DNA of 64,000 nt from assembly GCA_965153455.1 (NCBI GenBank), contig OZ234493.1, positions 25,224,213 to 25,288,212 on the forward strand, in the 5' to 3' direction. Origin of the DNA: Sphagnum compactum. Lineage: Eukaryota. The notes below the pieces were generated by a model. The model did not search any database. It saw nothing but the letters and a program-made list of their open reading frames with translations, and was not told the origin of the DNA. Below are positions 1-11,454 of the stretch, one piece after another (position 1 is the stretch's first letter; every line of letters starts with the position of its first letter). A program made the translations under genes and the position numbers.

Positions 1-298
1 CATGTAATCGGCATATGTTCCACCTCCTATGTAACAATATTTACTTAATTGAACTATGTTTTGAAACTTGGAGGTTTATGACACATGTGAATGATCTTCA
101 TTTGTTAGTCATGCAAGATAGATTTGGCATTCTCCAATTCGTCTCTTATTGTCTTTTTGTGAAACTTAATATTTTCAATTAATTATTGCTTTTATCTAAC
201 TACTATAATTTATATATTTCTTTAATTTAATGTATAGTCAAATAATTTTCAAGAGTTGTTTGAAGAATTGTGTTGACTCTTTTTCAATTTTTTTGCAG

Positions 299-3200
299 AA
301 ATATCTAGTGCACGATTTAAATCCCACTTGTAATTCCAATAATCCAAACTTGACCATCGTTTTTTTTCATGGGATTGCTTTTGGCACGAATGATGAATGG
401 AAGGAAACATGGACAACATGCCCCGCCAACAATAGAGAACAGTGCATATGTTGGCCTAAAAAGTGGCTACCCGAGGACTTGAACAACAATGTTCGAATTC
501 TATCATTGTCTTATGACTCTAACATTGGTAAGAACCTCATTCAAAGTTTGGTTCCAAATTCCAGGTGTGACAATCTCCTCTATCGATGGACACATAAATT
601 ACTTTTCCTTATGTACATTAAAAATTATTGTTTAGATCTTTAGAATTTCTTAAACATTTTGCAAGAATTAATTGTTCATGTGTGCTAGTATTGTGAAACA
701 CACAAACAAGTTTCAATTTATTTGAATTGTTAGATTCATGTAAAAGAACATAAAACGGGGCTTAAATGCAAATGTTCTTGTTTGAGGATAATAACAAAGT
801 CTATGTTCATATTATAAATTCATGGTACAACTAGTTTGGTTTTGATGGCAATGTTTTAGTTCCAACTTTTGGAACTTTATCTTTGGTAATGGAATTATAC
901 TATATTATATTAATACATGTGTAGAAAATTTGCATCCATTTCATTGCAAAAGTTTTTTAAAAAAATAGTGTATCTTTTTTTAATTAAAATTTCTTTTTAT
1001 TTCAATGGTATTTCCAAGGTAACACATAGAAGATGAGTTGTGCATTAACACAAGAATGTACACACCTACATACTTGTACATTATAATTGTTTTATCAAAA
1101 CATGGTTGTCACATTTTTTAGGTAGATTAATGGAATCAATAAATGACAAATGACAAGCAAATCGATTAAGAACTTATGGTTTAGGTCATGTGTGAATTGA
1201 AAAATTGCCCCAAGTATAATAGGATAAATGTTTACATGTTTATACAATGTTGATAATGGAATTTTGGTGCATTGTTGAATATTTTGTAGTTATCGATCCC
1301 TTTGGGATGGACCGGTGGCATTAATTGCTTATAATTTTGGAGGTCTTATACTCAAAAGCTTGGTGGTTGAAGTTCACAAACATGTACATTAGAGGCCAAA
1401 AAATAGTTTAGATTATCAAATCCACAAATGTTGTCACACATTTTTGAACAATGTTAAAGGTGTAGTATTTTATGGTGTACCACATGCTGGTGGTACCCAA
1501 TATTTATCAAATTATTTCACTTGGCAACATCAAGAAATCAACACACTGAACAAGTGTGCAACCCAATTTGGTTTTTTAAAAAGTTTACAATCATTCAACC
1601 TACAAATGGAACACCTTTCAATAGATTTTAAAAATGTTATTCATGAAAACCGCGACATTTATGCATTTGGCGAAGGATTACCAATTGATGAGAATTGGGT
1701 CAAATTTTCATTTCACCACATTGAAAGTTATCCAACTAAGTTCAGTAGTTGAACATTTTTTGTATTGTCAAAACTTGTGTGGGATCATGTACTCAGTACT
1801 TTTGAATACATTAATGTGATGAATGGGTCATGTGTTTTATGAACCTTGTTTCCTAAATTACTATTGATGGAAAAAAAATTTGATTGACTTCAAACATCAG
1901 GAAATAGGGTTTAAATTTCCTTTCATCAAATTAATTCCATATAAATATTTGTGAGGAAAATCATATCATCATTAAAATATGTACGATTAATGAGAATAAA
2001 AACCAATAAATTTGTGAGGTATTTATATAATTTGTTTGCCAAAGGGTTGAAGGAAATTATTTTTACACAAAATATTTCATTTTTATTCAAACGTCAATAG
2101 TTATTAATTATAATTTCCACCACCATTTGGAATCGCTATGTTAGTTTTAAGTTAAAGCATAACTAACCAAACAAGTCAATGAGTTTCATTAACGTAATCT
2201 TTTGTGCATGCAAGGAATTTTAGTGCCATATGCCTCAGCTATTCAGTTGTCAAACAACAATCATTATAGAATTGAAGATGCTAATCACTTGACAATTTGC
2301 AAGCCACCCAACAAAGATCATCCAAGCTATTCTATATTGTTAAAATGTTTGAGAATATGTACAAAGGTAAAAACATTAAATCAAAGTCTTTTGACTTCAT
2401 ATATGTTAATGTGATTTTATACACATTAGGTCATAACACACTTAATGTGTATCGCATATGCAATGTCATATATATTGGTCATCAAATAAGAAAGATAACA
2501 TATAAATGACCTATATTTTGTGAATTTTGACAGAAAAATATACTTCTTCCACCTTTGCAATGTCATGAGGTGGCAATGATTGACAAAGCAAAAGACATAA
2601 ACATCTTGTTAAAAGGAATTTATTGTTGGTTTGGTTGGAATGGGCGGGATTGGGAATACCACTTTGAACAAAAAATTCTATCATTTGTTCCACAACCAAT
2701 ATGACAAATCTAGCTTTTTGGAGGATGTGAATTCAAAGGACAATATCAGTGATGTCATAAAACAACTCATACATGATTTGTGTGGCAAAAAGTTATGCAA
2801 GGATGAAAATGTGAATAAAGAAGACTTTGACAAAATTAGGCAATGTATGATATCGGAAAAAGTGTTAGTGGTGGTGTATGATGTTGGTAAAATGAAGAAC
2901 CTTACATCCTTGCCAATTTTCATTGATAAGGCTGCTAGGAATGCAACCTCTAAAAGAAAAATACTTGTGAATTGTGGAAATTGGCAAAATCTGAAATCTC
3001 ATGTAAGCGAGGATGGAAAAATGATCATGAAATTTTTGGAGGAAAAGGAATCAAGGGAACTTTTTATGTTCCATGCATTTGGTAATGCAAATCAGGTTCC
3101 AACACAAGATTTCAAAGATATATGTATGAAAATTATAAAAGCTTGTGGGGGGCTCCCTTTAAGTCTTAAAATATTGGGTTCTTTTTTGTGCCATACTAAA

Positions 3201-5485
3201 GAATTCGAAATATGGGAAGGCGCATTGAGCAAATTGAAAAGCGGGCAAAGTTTGACCGGGGGCAATGAAAATGAAGAGCTTTGGAATAAATTGAAGATGT
3301 TTTATGAGTACTTGGATAAGCAAAATCAAAACATGTTTTTGGATATTGCTTGTTTCTTTGGTGGTATGAAAATAAGGACAATTTGTCGAGTGTGGAATGG
3401 AGATTATTTTCACCCAAAATTTGCATTGCAAAATTTAGAACATAGATCTTTAATCCAACGCGGAGAAGGTGGAATCTTGTACATACATGAACAATTATGA
3501 CACATGGGTCAAAATATTGCAATGGAACTTCCAATTATGAATCGATTTATATGGAAATCAAAGGAGTCAAATTTATTTTTACAAAAGGATGAAGTTGACA
3601 CCATATTATTTCATTCCTATCATTTTATTTCGATTTCCTATGAATTTTTTTGATGTCTAAAACCAAATGTTTTAACTTTGAATCTTAATTTTATAAATAC
3701 ATGTTTTTTAAAATAAAATTTGGTATTAAGATGAAATGTTTTTTTATATTGATAATCCTTTTGTTTTCATTTCATGTGATAGGTGGTGGAAAATTTAGAA
3801 GGCATCTCATTGAAAAAATGTGTTAATTTGCCTACGTTGTCCCAAATTGGCTCCAAGGGATTTCACAGCCTTAGGTTGGTTGATTTAACAGAAGCTTCAG
3901 CAACTATTGTAGAAAATTGCATCCAATGGCGAAATTTGAATAATGTTAAGTGGTTGTGCCTAAAAAATTGCATGAGTCAAAAGTTGCCAAGTAATTTATT
4001 TTATTGTTCACAATTACAAGTATTTGATTTGTCAACGTGTTCCAACCTGAAAAAAATACCTTCATCTGTTCGTCAATCGAATGCACTCAAAGAGCTTGAT
4101 TTGTCAAAATGTTTCAATTTGAAAAAACCACCTTCATCTATTGGACAATTGAATGCACTCCAAAAGCTTTGATTTGTGGGAGTGTTCCAACTTGAAAGAA
4201 TTACCTTCATCTATTGGCCAATTGAATGCACTACAAGAGCTTGATTTAGAAGGGTGTTACAACTTGAAAAAACTACCTTCATCTATTGGCCAATTGAATG
4301 CACTCCAAAAGCTTTATTTGATAGGGTGTTCCAGCTTGAAAGAACTACCTTCATCTATTGGCCAATTGAATGCACTCCAAGAGCTTAATTTTAAAGGGTG
4401 TTCCAACTTGAAAGAACTACCTTCATTTATTGGCCAATTGAATGCACTCCAAAAGCTTTATTTGATAGGGTGTTCCAACTTGAAAAAACTACCTTCATTT
4501 ATTGGCCAATTGAATGCACTCCAAAAGCTTTATTTGAAAGGGTGTTCCAACTTGAAAGAACTACCTTCATCTATTGGGCAATTGAATGCACTCCAAGAAC
4601 TTTATTTATATGGGTGTTCCAACTTGAAAGAACTACCTTCATCTATTGGGCAATTGAATGCACTCCAAGAACTTTATTTATATGGGTGTTCCAACTTGAA
4701 AGAACTACCTTCATCTATTGGCCAATTGAATGCACTCCAAGTGTTTTATTTGTCAAGGTGTTTTAGTTTGAAAGAACTACCTTCCTCTATTGGCCAATTG
4801 AATGCACTCCCATTGCTTAATTTATGAAGGTGTTCCAATTTGAAAGAACTACCTTTATCTATTGGCCAATTGAATGCACTCCTAGTGCTTAATTTATGAA
4901 GGTGTTCCAGTTTGAAAGAACTACCTTTATCTATTGGTCAATTGAATGCACTCCAAATGTTTTTTTTGACATGATGTTCCAATTTGAAAGAATTACGTTC
5001 ATCTTATGGTCAATTGAATGCACTTCGAATATTTTATTACGCGTGTTCCAGTTTGAAAGAACTACCTTCATCTATTAGCCAATTGAATGCACTTTAAGTG
5101 TTTTATTTGAACGGGTGTTACAATTTGAAAGAACTACTTTCATCTATTAGCCAATTGAATGGACTTTAAGTGTTTGATTTGAACGAATGTTACAACTTGA
5201 AAGAACTACCTTCATTTATTAGCCAATTGAATGCACTCCAAGTGTTTTATTTGAACGGGTGTTCCAACTTGAAAGATTTACTTTCATCTATTGGCCAATT
5301 GAATGCACTTTAAGTGTTTTATTTTAACAAGTGTTCCAACTTGAAAGATTTACCTTCATTTATCGGCCAATTGAATGCACTTTAAGTGTTTTATTTTAAC
5401 AAGTGTTTCAACTTGAAAGAACTACCTTCATCTATTGGCTAATTGAATGCACTCCAAAAACTTCATTTGTGAAAATGTTCCAATT
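299..5485 (+). pseudogene. Alpha/beta-hydrolase-NB-ARC-LRR (HNL-type NLR immune receptor), disabled; 5' part probably lies upstream of the window
   Basis: Hand-spliced exons ~299-564, 1290-1698, 2214-2366, 2534-3593, 3783-~5485. Hydrolase motifs: IVFFHG, WP..WLP.DL...RILSLSYDS, elbow AYNFGG, GVVFYGVPHAG, DANHLTICKP. NB-ARC motifs: GMGGIGNTT (P-loop), KVLVVVYDV (kinase-2), CGGLPL, FLDIACFF, IHEQL. These are followed by 24-aa LRRs. Lesions: TAG 1390-1392, exon-3 acceptor CAA at 2211-2213, frameshift near 2610, TGA 3498-3500, frameshift near 4170, several in-frame stops from 4825 on. Confidence 0.9.
4038..5485 (+). repeat. 72-bp tandem array (~20 units) encoding LRRs CSNLKELPSSIGQLNALQxLxLxx
   Basis: Unit starts (Cys codon TGT) at ~4038, 4110, 4183, 4255 ... 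4975, 5044 (one 69-bp unit), 5116 ... 5476. Core ttgaaagaactaccttcatctattggccaattgaatgcactc is near-invariant. Confidence 0.97.
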
Positions 5486-6659
5486 ACTATATTGGTATAT
5501 AATTCAAGACATTTTTCAACTTATTGGTCAATTATCGAATATTGCCGACATCAACAATGTCGCCAAGTTGAGCACCCAACTATGTTGATAAACAATGTGA
5601 AACATATTTCAACAAAAAAACCATTTTAAAAACATTTTTGGCATCTAAGGTTCTTTAGTTGGCATATAATCAAAACATTGATTAGTATTCAACCATTTTG
5701 GTGACACCATCAACACACATATGTGGATGATAAAATGTATAAAAGGATGAATGAAATGTAGTCTTGTTTGCAACTTTGTTGCAATTATGTATTTCAACCA
5801 GGTTAAACGACTAGTAAGCAACTTTAATTTTAATATTTATTTAAAATCATGATACATTAACTTACATGTAAATTTTATTTATATAAATGAATGGTTTTTT
5901 TCATGCATATAAATAATAAAATTTAATTTCAAAATAAAGTTTAAGGAAAATCTAAAATATATGTTAGTAATAATGTCTATGTTCAATACACATGTAATTT
6001 ATTATTTTTATGTAGATCATTCCAACACATCAAGTAGTGATACATAACTAATAATATTGTGCAACTCTAATGTTTATTCAATTTTATATACATGATATCT
6101 TAAAATTATGATAAAATTTCATTAAACACTAATGTACCCTATGTCATTGGCCCAAGTTTGAATGCATTCAATTGAATTTTCCTTCCTAACCCTTTTTTGC
6201 AAAAATTTTGAATTTCTAACAACAATACCCAGTAATATTTCAAAATATAGTTCACATTTTAGGTCCCAAAATTATGGAATCAACATTATTAAATCAAGCT
6301 TGTTGAAGGCTTTCCAATAATACCGAGAACGCCCCCATATTCCAACATAGTTGTCAATCTATGATTCAATACTATCAATCTATGTTGATTATTATGAAAA
6401 AGAAAATGATTCAATAGTCCATAACCTTTGCATCGTAACTCCAAAAACTTTCAACCCAAGTTAGTGCACTTTACTCATTGTTAGGTTTTCAAAGATAATA
6501 ATAACATTGCATGAAGCAATTTAGTTTAAGAAATTTCAACATAATAAAACAAAAAAAACCAAATTATCTACCTTCATAAATAGACTAAATTACATGTAAG
6601 TTTTTTTTGTGTCAAATGAATGGTTACTTATGAGGCAAATTTTTTTGTGCGTATAACTT

Positions 6660-7460
6660 TTTGTTGTAATCATGCAAACACTACAACCCCACTTGATCCA
6701 AAATAAGTAAACTTGTTGCCAATATAATCAATTATTAAACCCCCATACTCCATCACATGCTTCATAGTTATTTGGGTGAGGTTATCAATAATGCATTCAC
6801 CAATTCACCGACCTTAATAATCAACAACAAATGACATCCTCTTAAAACCATTCACAAAATACACATGCAAAAGTTACACCAAGATTGATTGTTAATTGTT
6901 GTGACTTCATCACAATTGATAACAAGGTACCAAGTTTTTTGCACAAAAGTTTTAATAGTCTTGACAACAAAGCCATGCATGTTTTCATCCATCTACTAAC
7001 CAATGGAATCACATTATTGTTTGCATGATGTGTCCTGTACTTTCAAGAAATCAAACAATTGCTTCATGTCTTCAATATATGTCAAGGGTCATTTGAGTTT
7101 CAAAAGCCAATAAATGACAAACGAATTGAATGAACTTTGAGTTTTTTCTTTGTAGCTTCATCGAAAACACACACCAATTCACCAATATTATCCTAACCCT
7201 TATTAATAAATAACCATTTATTCTCAGCATGTTGGTTGTTAATTGCCATGGAATATTAACCCACAAACATCCAAGGTGTGCAATCTTACATTTCAATGTA
7301 CATGTGTATTTTTACAAATTGTCAAACTTAAGTATTAAAAGCTTTTCCCTTCCATCAATCTCATTACAAGCTTTATAATGAACCGTATTGAGTTGCTCAT
7401 CACACCTTATCATTATTACTACTCAAAACATTTTCACAACCCACACCTCTTAGAAACATA
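6660..7460 (-). mobile_element. Decayed hAT-like (ZNF862/DUF4371-type) transposase remnant
   Basis: The minus strand reads ...MHGFVVKTIKTFVQKTWYLVINCDEVTTINNQSWCN..HVYFVNGFKR..., resembling the [I/L]xxDEVTxxDNxSW first-catalytic-Asp region of this transposase group. It carries many stops and frameshifts, and the boundaries are approximate. Confidence 0.6.
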
Positions 7461-8429
7461 ATTTAATTTGCATATTCTTTTCTCACATTTTTTTGTGGAT
7501 AAAAATTTGAAAATTGAGGAATATATTTAAGAGATGATGATAGTGATAAAGAAAACAAGAACCAAGCTTTGAAAAGATGAAATGATGTTTACAAAACCAA
7601 GAACATTCACATTGAAAAGAAGCTTATATCTAAAATCCATTGGCAATTGTGAAATGTTCACTGCAAACACCTTGAACAACATGAAAACATGACCAACTTG
7701 CAAGGGAGAAAAAAGAAAAAAAAGAAGCTCTTCGAAATGAAAACTGCACAAAATTTTATAAACACTTTTCAAATACAACAAAACATGAAAAATCAAAACA
7801 CCTTTGTGTAATATAAGGATTAGGAAGGTGCCAAAGTAAAATCCATGCACATCTAGAAAGGGGAAAGGGGAAAGACAATATTTATAAGCATTCGAAAACT
7901 TTCATCACATGCACCTCCATAATAACTTAACTTAGAGTCCAATGCCATGAAAGACTGGATTTTCATGTCGCTTTTTGCTAACAATCTACACAACCTCACA
8001 ATTAAATGTGTAATCTCCTTCACATTTGAATGATTTATCAAACACATGATCCTTCTTATTGTGAAGACAAGCAATGATTAGCATGCATAACGAGTAAAGG
8101 CAACTCAAAACAACAAAACGAAAAACTAATGTGATGAAGAGGGATGAAAGATGAACTCAAGTGGCAATGTCACCTCATGAAAAGACAAATACTACATGTT
8201 TATAAAAGCAAGAAAAAGTTGAAAGGGGATGGCAACAGACATGGATGTGAAAAAACTTGTTGTTGACATTGATGAGATTGACATCAAATGGAGGCAACAT
8301 GCAACAAGATTGACCACTTCACAATTTCCTTCAAATTGCCCAATCTAATGTGCAACTAGCCTTACATCTAACGGTTAGAAATATGGCAAATGCATCCCCA
8401 TTTTGCCAAAATAAAACAAACGCTGCTGT

Positions 8430-8913
8430 AGACATTATATATATATACATATATATATAACGGGCAGGTACAAAATTTCAACTCCCTACCCCACTCGCAT
8501 GCAACAATGTGAATGAAAAAGTAACCACCAGGGACCCAAGTGGGCCTCATGGTACCCTAAACTCACCAGCACGTAACGGAGCTCTTGTCAGGTGCGCGGT
8601 TTTAAGCACGCGAGTAAAGCAAGTGTGCGCAGTGAGCCCGAAGGGCCCCACTACTACCAGCCAGTAGGTACGTACAAAAAAATTTAGAAAATGTACTTAA
8701 GTGGCCCCACACACAGGATCCTGTCCCCACGCTTCACATGCACGCCAACCAAGGGCCGATTCTAGCCTATAATTAATCCTATGATTACTCCCCCCACCCC
8801 TCCCCCCCCCCCCTCCTCACCCCCCCAGAGCTAAACCTGAAGCCTATGATTGCGTGTTAAACTAGAGCCTACGCATCAACTAGGAAGTGAGTTCTCACAC
8901 GCGGTAACCCTAG
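8430..8913 (+). mobile_element. Probable non-autonomous Helitron
   Basis: (AT)n-rich 5' end, GC/poly-C-rich body, hairpin GTGAG-tt-CTCAC (8887-8898) 11 nt before a terminal CTAG|T (8910-8913). The 5' TC is not clearly preserved. Confidence 0.45.
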
Positions 8914-9188
8914 TTAATTAGCGTAAAGATCCGCCCTAAAGGGACTTTTGTAATTAAAATTTGGCAATTAATTAAATATTATAATAAAAACATGGCCAAG
9001 TTTTGCTCCTAAATTGGTGGCTAATATGGCGGTGAGTTTGGGTTGAAGTAAAGTAAAACAAAAGGTTTTTTTTTTTCCTTTTGCTTACATGCCGTAATTG
9101 CGGGCGGAATCTTCTTTACAGCCGGGACCTACTTTTAAAACTTGCCAGGTTTTGTGGGGGCTGCTGCTGCCGCTTATTTATAGCAGAG

Positions 9189-9220
9189 GGTCCCACAGTA
9201 GGTCCCACAGTAAGGTCCCT
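9189..9220 (+). promoter_or_regulatory. Tandem GGTCCCAC (TCP-binding-type) motifs upstream of the FLZ gene
   Basis: ggtcccacagta-ggtcccacagta-aggtccct direct repeat. GGNCCCAC is the established class I TCP consensus; function here is inferred. Confidence 0.5.
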
Positions 9221-9409
9221 AGTTCCAACCTCTTTCGGAAGCTTTTCGCCCTGCCTATGTTTAGTACCGACCAATCTAGTTGAGTTTTCTCCCCCCTCGC
9301 GGCGAGCGCTGTTTTACACTTCTTCATCGTCGTCATCGTCATTGTCTCTGTTTCGTGAAGTTTTCTATTTCTACTGCGTAAGTTGTTGTTCCTTGCCTTC
9401 GGCCTCTGA

Positions 9410-9412
<3 letters not shown>

Positions 9413-9450
<38 letters not shown>

Positions 9451-9476
9451 CTCTCTGTGTGTCTGTGTCTCTCTCT
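9413..9476 (+). repeat. (CT)n/(TG)n microsatellite in the FLZ 5' leader
   Basis: Long ctctct run followed by tgtgtg/tctc. Confidence 0.95.
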
Positions 9477-10026
9477 TCGTTGTCTGTTGTTGTGTGTGCT
9501 TTCGAAAGATAACCATGTGGCTATCTTCTCTGTGTCCATTTGTATAGTAGTGTCCGTGTTTCTTCTTTGTTTGTCGACCCTGTGTTCTTGATCTGTGTGT
9601 CTCATTGCTTGTGCTCTTGCATTTTCTTTTTTTTTCCGCCGAATGCGACGTGTATGTCGGGCGTGCAGTGGACTGAGGAGTCTTGTCTTTGTGATTGTGT
9701 TTTGAAGTAGTCATTGGAGAGAGAGAGAAAGAGAGGACACGAGGGGGTGAGAGAGAGCAGGAAGTGGTGCGGGTGTCTATTTGGCGTGACTGTGCCATTC
9801 AAGCGCGTTTTCTTCGTGTTGTCTTTTTGTTGTTGTTGATGATTCCGGTGTACATTTGGCGAAGGCAGATCGGAGAATCCAGTTTCGACGTTTTTCTTCA
9901 GTAAGAAGATTATGGATCTGAAGCTTCGTTGTCGCAGTTAGCATAAGCACGCATTCCGTTTCTTGTGCGATCTGACTGCCTGCGCTGATCATCTGTTGTT
10001 GGCACTTGTATCGAACGCACGCTAAC

Positions 10027-11454
10027 ATGACTGGAAAGAGACCTCGTGCTCCTCTACGACGCACTTCCAGCGAGTCGTCGTTCATCGAGTCTGGATTCTC
10101 CTCCTCGACGCAGGAGGATTGCTCCCCTCTGCCAGAACATCCGAAAGAGAAATTGAAACCTACGCTTCTTAAGGAACCTGTTTCCGCGGCGGCACCACCC
10201 CGTAGATTGGTGATCGGTTTCAACCCGAAGCCTCTGCCCGATAATAACAATGGCAATGATGTCGTCAATCGCAATGCATGCTTGAAAGCCGCAGCTTCCT
10301 CTGCAGCGCCTGCCAGCGAGAAGTCACCACCTTCTCAACGCTCTGGTCTTGAAAGCCTGCTGTCGATGTCGTCACGGGAGAGGAAGGTAAACGAAGGAGG
10401 TGTTGTAGGGTTGGGCATTCTGGCTAGCATGATGCACACTACTGTTGAGGATGAGCCGCAGCCAAAAACCAACATTGTGAAGAGGGAAAATCAGCAGCAG
10501 CAGCGCGACCATGTTACCATTGCAATCAATTCTAACGCGATGATGCCCACGCCAAACCCTTCTTGCCAGGCTGCTGCGTTGCTGCCCTATCAAACACAGC
10601 AGCAGCAGCAGCAGCAGAGTCAGTCCATTCCGATTCATGCTCCAGGCCCGGTTTCTTCTTGGCACAGAATCGGTGCTGGTCGTCCGTCGCAGCAGCACCA
10701 CAGGTTTTCAGGTGGTATTCAACCCTTGGCTGCTAGAGGAGCTGCTGATGGACAAGGTGCTGGTGGTGGTCGTGGTACAGCATTAGCGTGGTTGCGAAGG
10801 CAGGATGATCGCGAGGGCGAACGCGACACTTTCTTGTTGCGACCACCATCTTCCTTCAAGAGCCCGCACGTCGTTGTTCCTGATGTAGCAGCAGCATCGT
10901 CTGCTGCTGCATCAGCAGTTCATTTCTTGGACGCTTGTTTTTTCTGCAAAAGACATCTTGTCGATGGCAAGGACATCTACATGTACAGGTGCTTAATCTT
11001 TGTCCTATCCTCCAAGCTAGGGAATGTGTGCAGTATATGTCCAGGCGATCTGTCTGTCATCTTTCTTTACAGTCAGAAGGAAGCACAAATGGTGCCTGGT
11101 ACCACATATGAATCTTTGCATGTGGTGCGTTTCTTGCATAATCTTGGCTATCGAATTTTTTATCTCAATAGCAAGTAGAACAACAGAAGTCATGTTTTTC
11201 TCATCAGAGAATTGTATCTAAGCTGTAGCATTGTGGCTCTTACGCATGTCCAACATTTTGACCCTGTTGGGCTGGCTTTCAATTTACTCTGCAGAGGTGA
11301 TAAGGCATTTTGCAGCACAGAGTGTCGGTCGCAGCAAATCTTGCTGGATGAGCGTCTGGAGAATTGTACAGTCGCAGCTCTGAAGTCGAATTCTGGAGCA
11401 CCCTCCTCCCACCAGAATCGTGTTGTGGCTTCTGGGACTGCAGCAGCAGCCTAA
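10027..11454 (+). CDS. FLZ: FCS-like zinc finger protein (zf-FLZ/DUF581, SnRK1-interacting family), 373 aa
   Basis: Exon1 10027-10988, GT-AG intron 10989-11294, exon2 11295-11454 (TAA). Splicing gives FLDACFFCKRHLVDGKDIYMYR|GDKAFCSTECRSQQI (CX2C...FCSX2C). N-terminal MTGKRPRAPLRRTSS and internal VGLGIL motifs are typical of plant FLZs. A poly-Q tract is present. Confidence 0.93.

Noticed and set aside
4038..5485. CRISPR-like repeat/spacer appearance of the 72-bp array
   Set aside because: The period is exactly 24 codons, it translates as LRRs within an NLR, the context is eukaryotic and there are no cas genes.
4398..5588. Alternative-frame ORFs (MFQLERTTFIYW...)
   Set aside because: Shadow frames of the LRR repeat.
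9081..9904. ORFs of 143 and 206 aa over the FLZ leader
   Set aside because: Driven by the (CT)n microsatellite and low complexity (SLSLSL/ERERER); no domain features.
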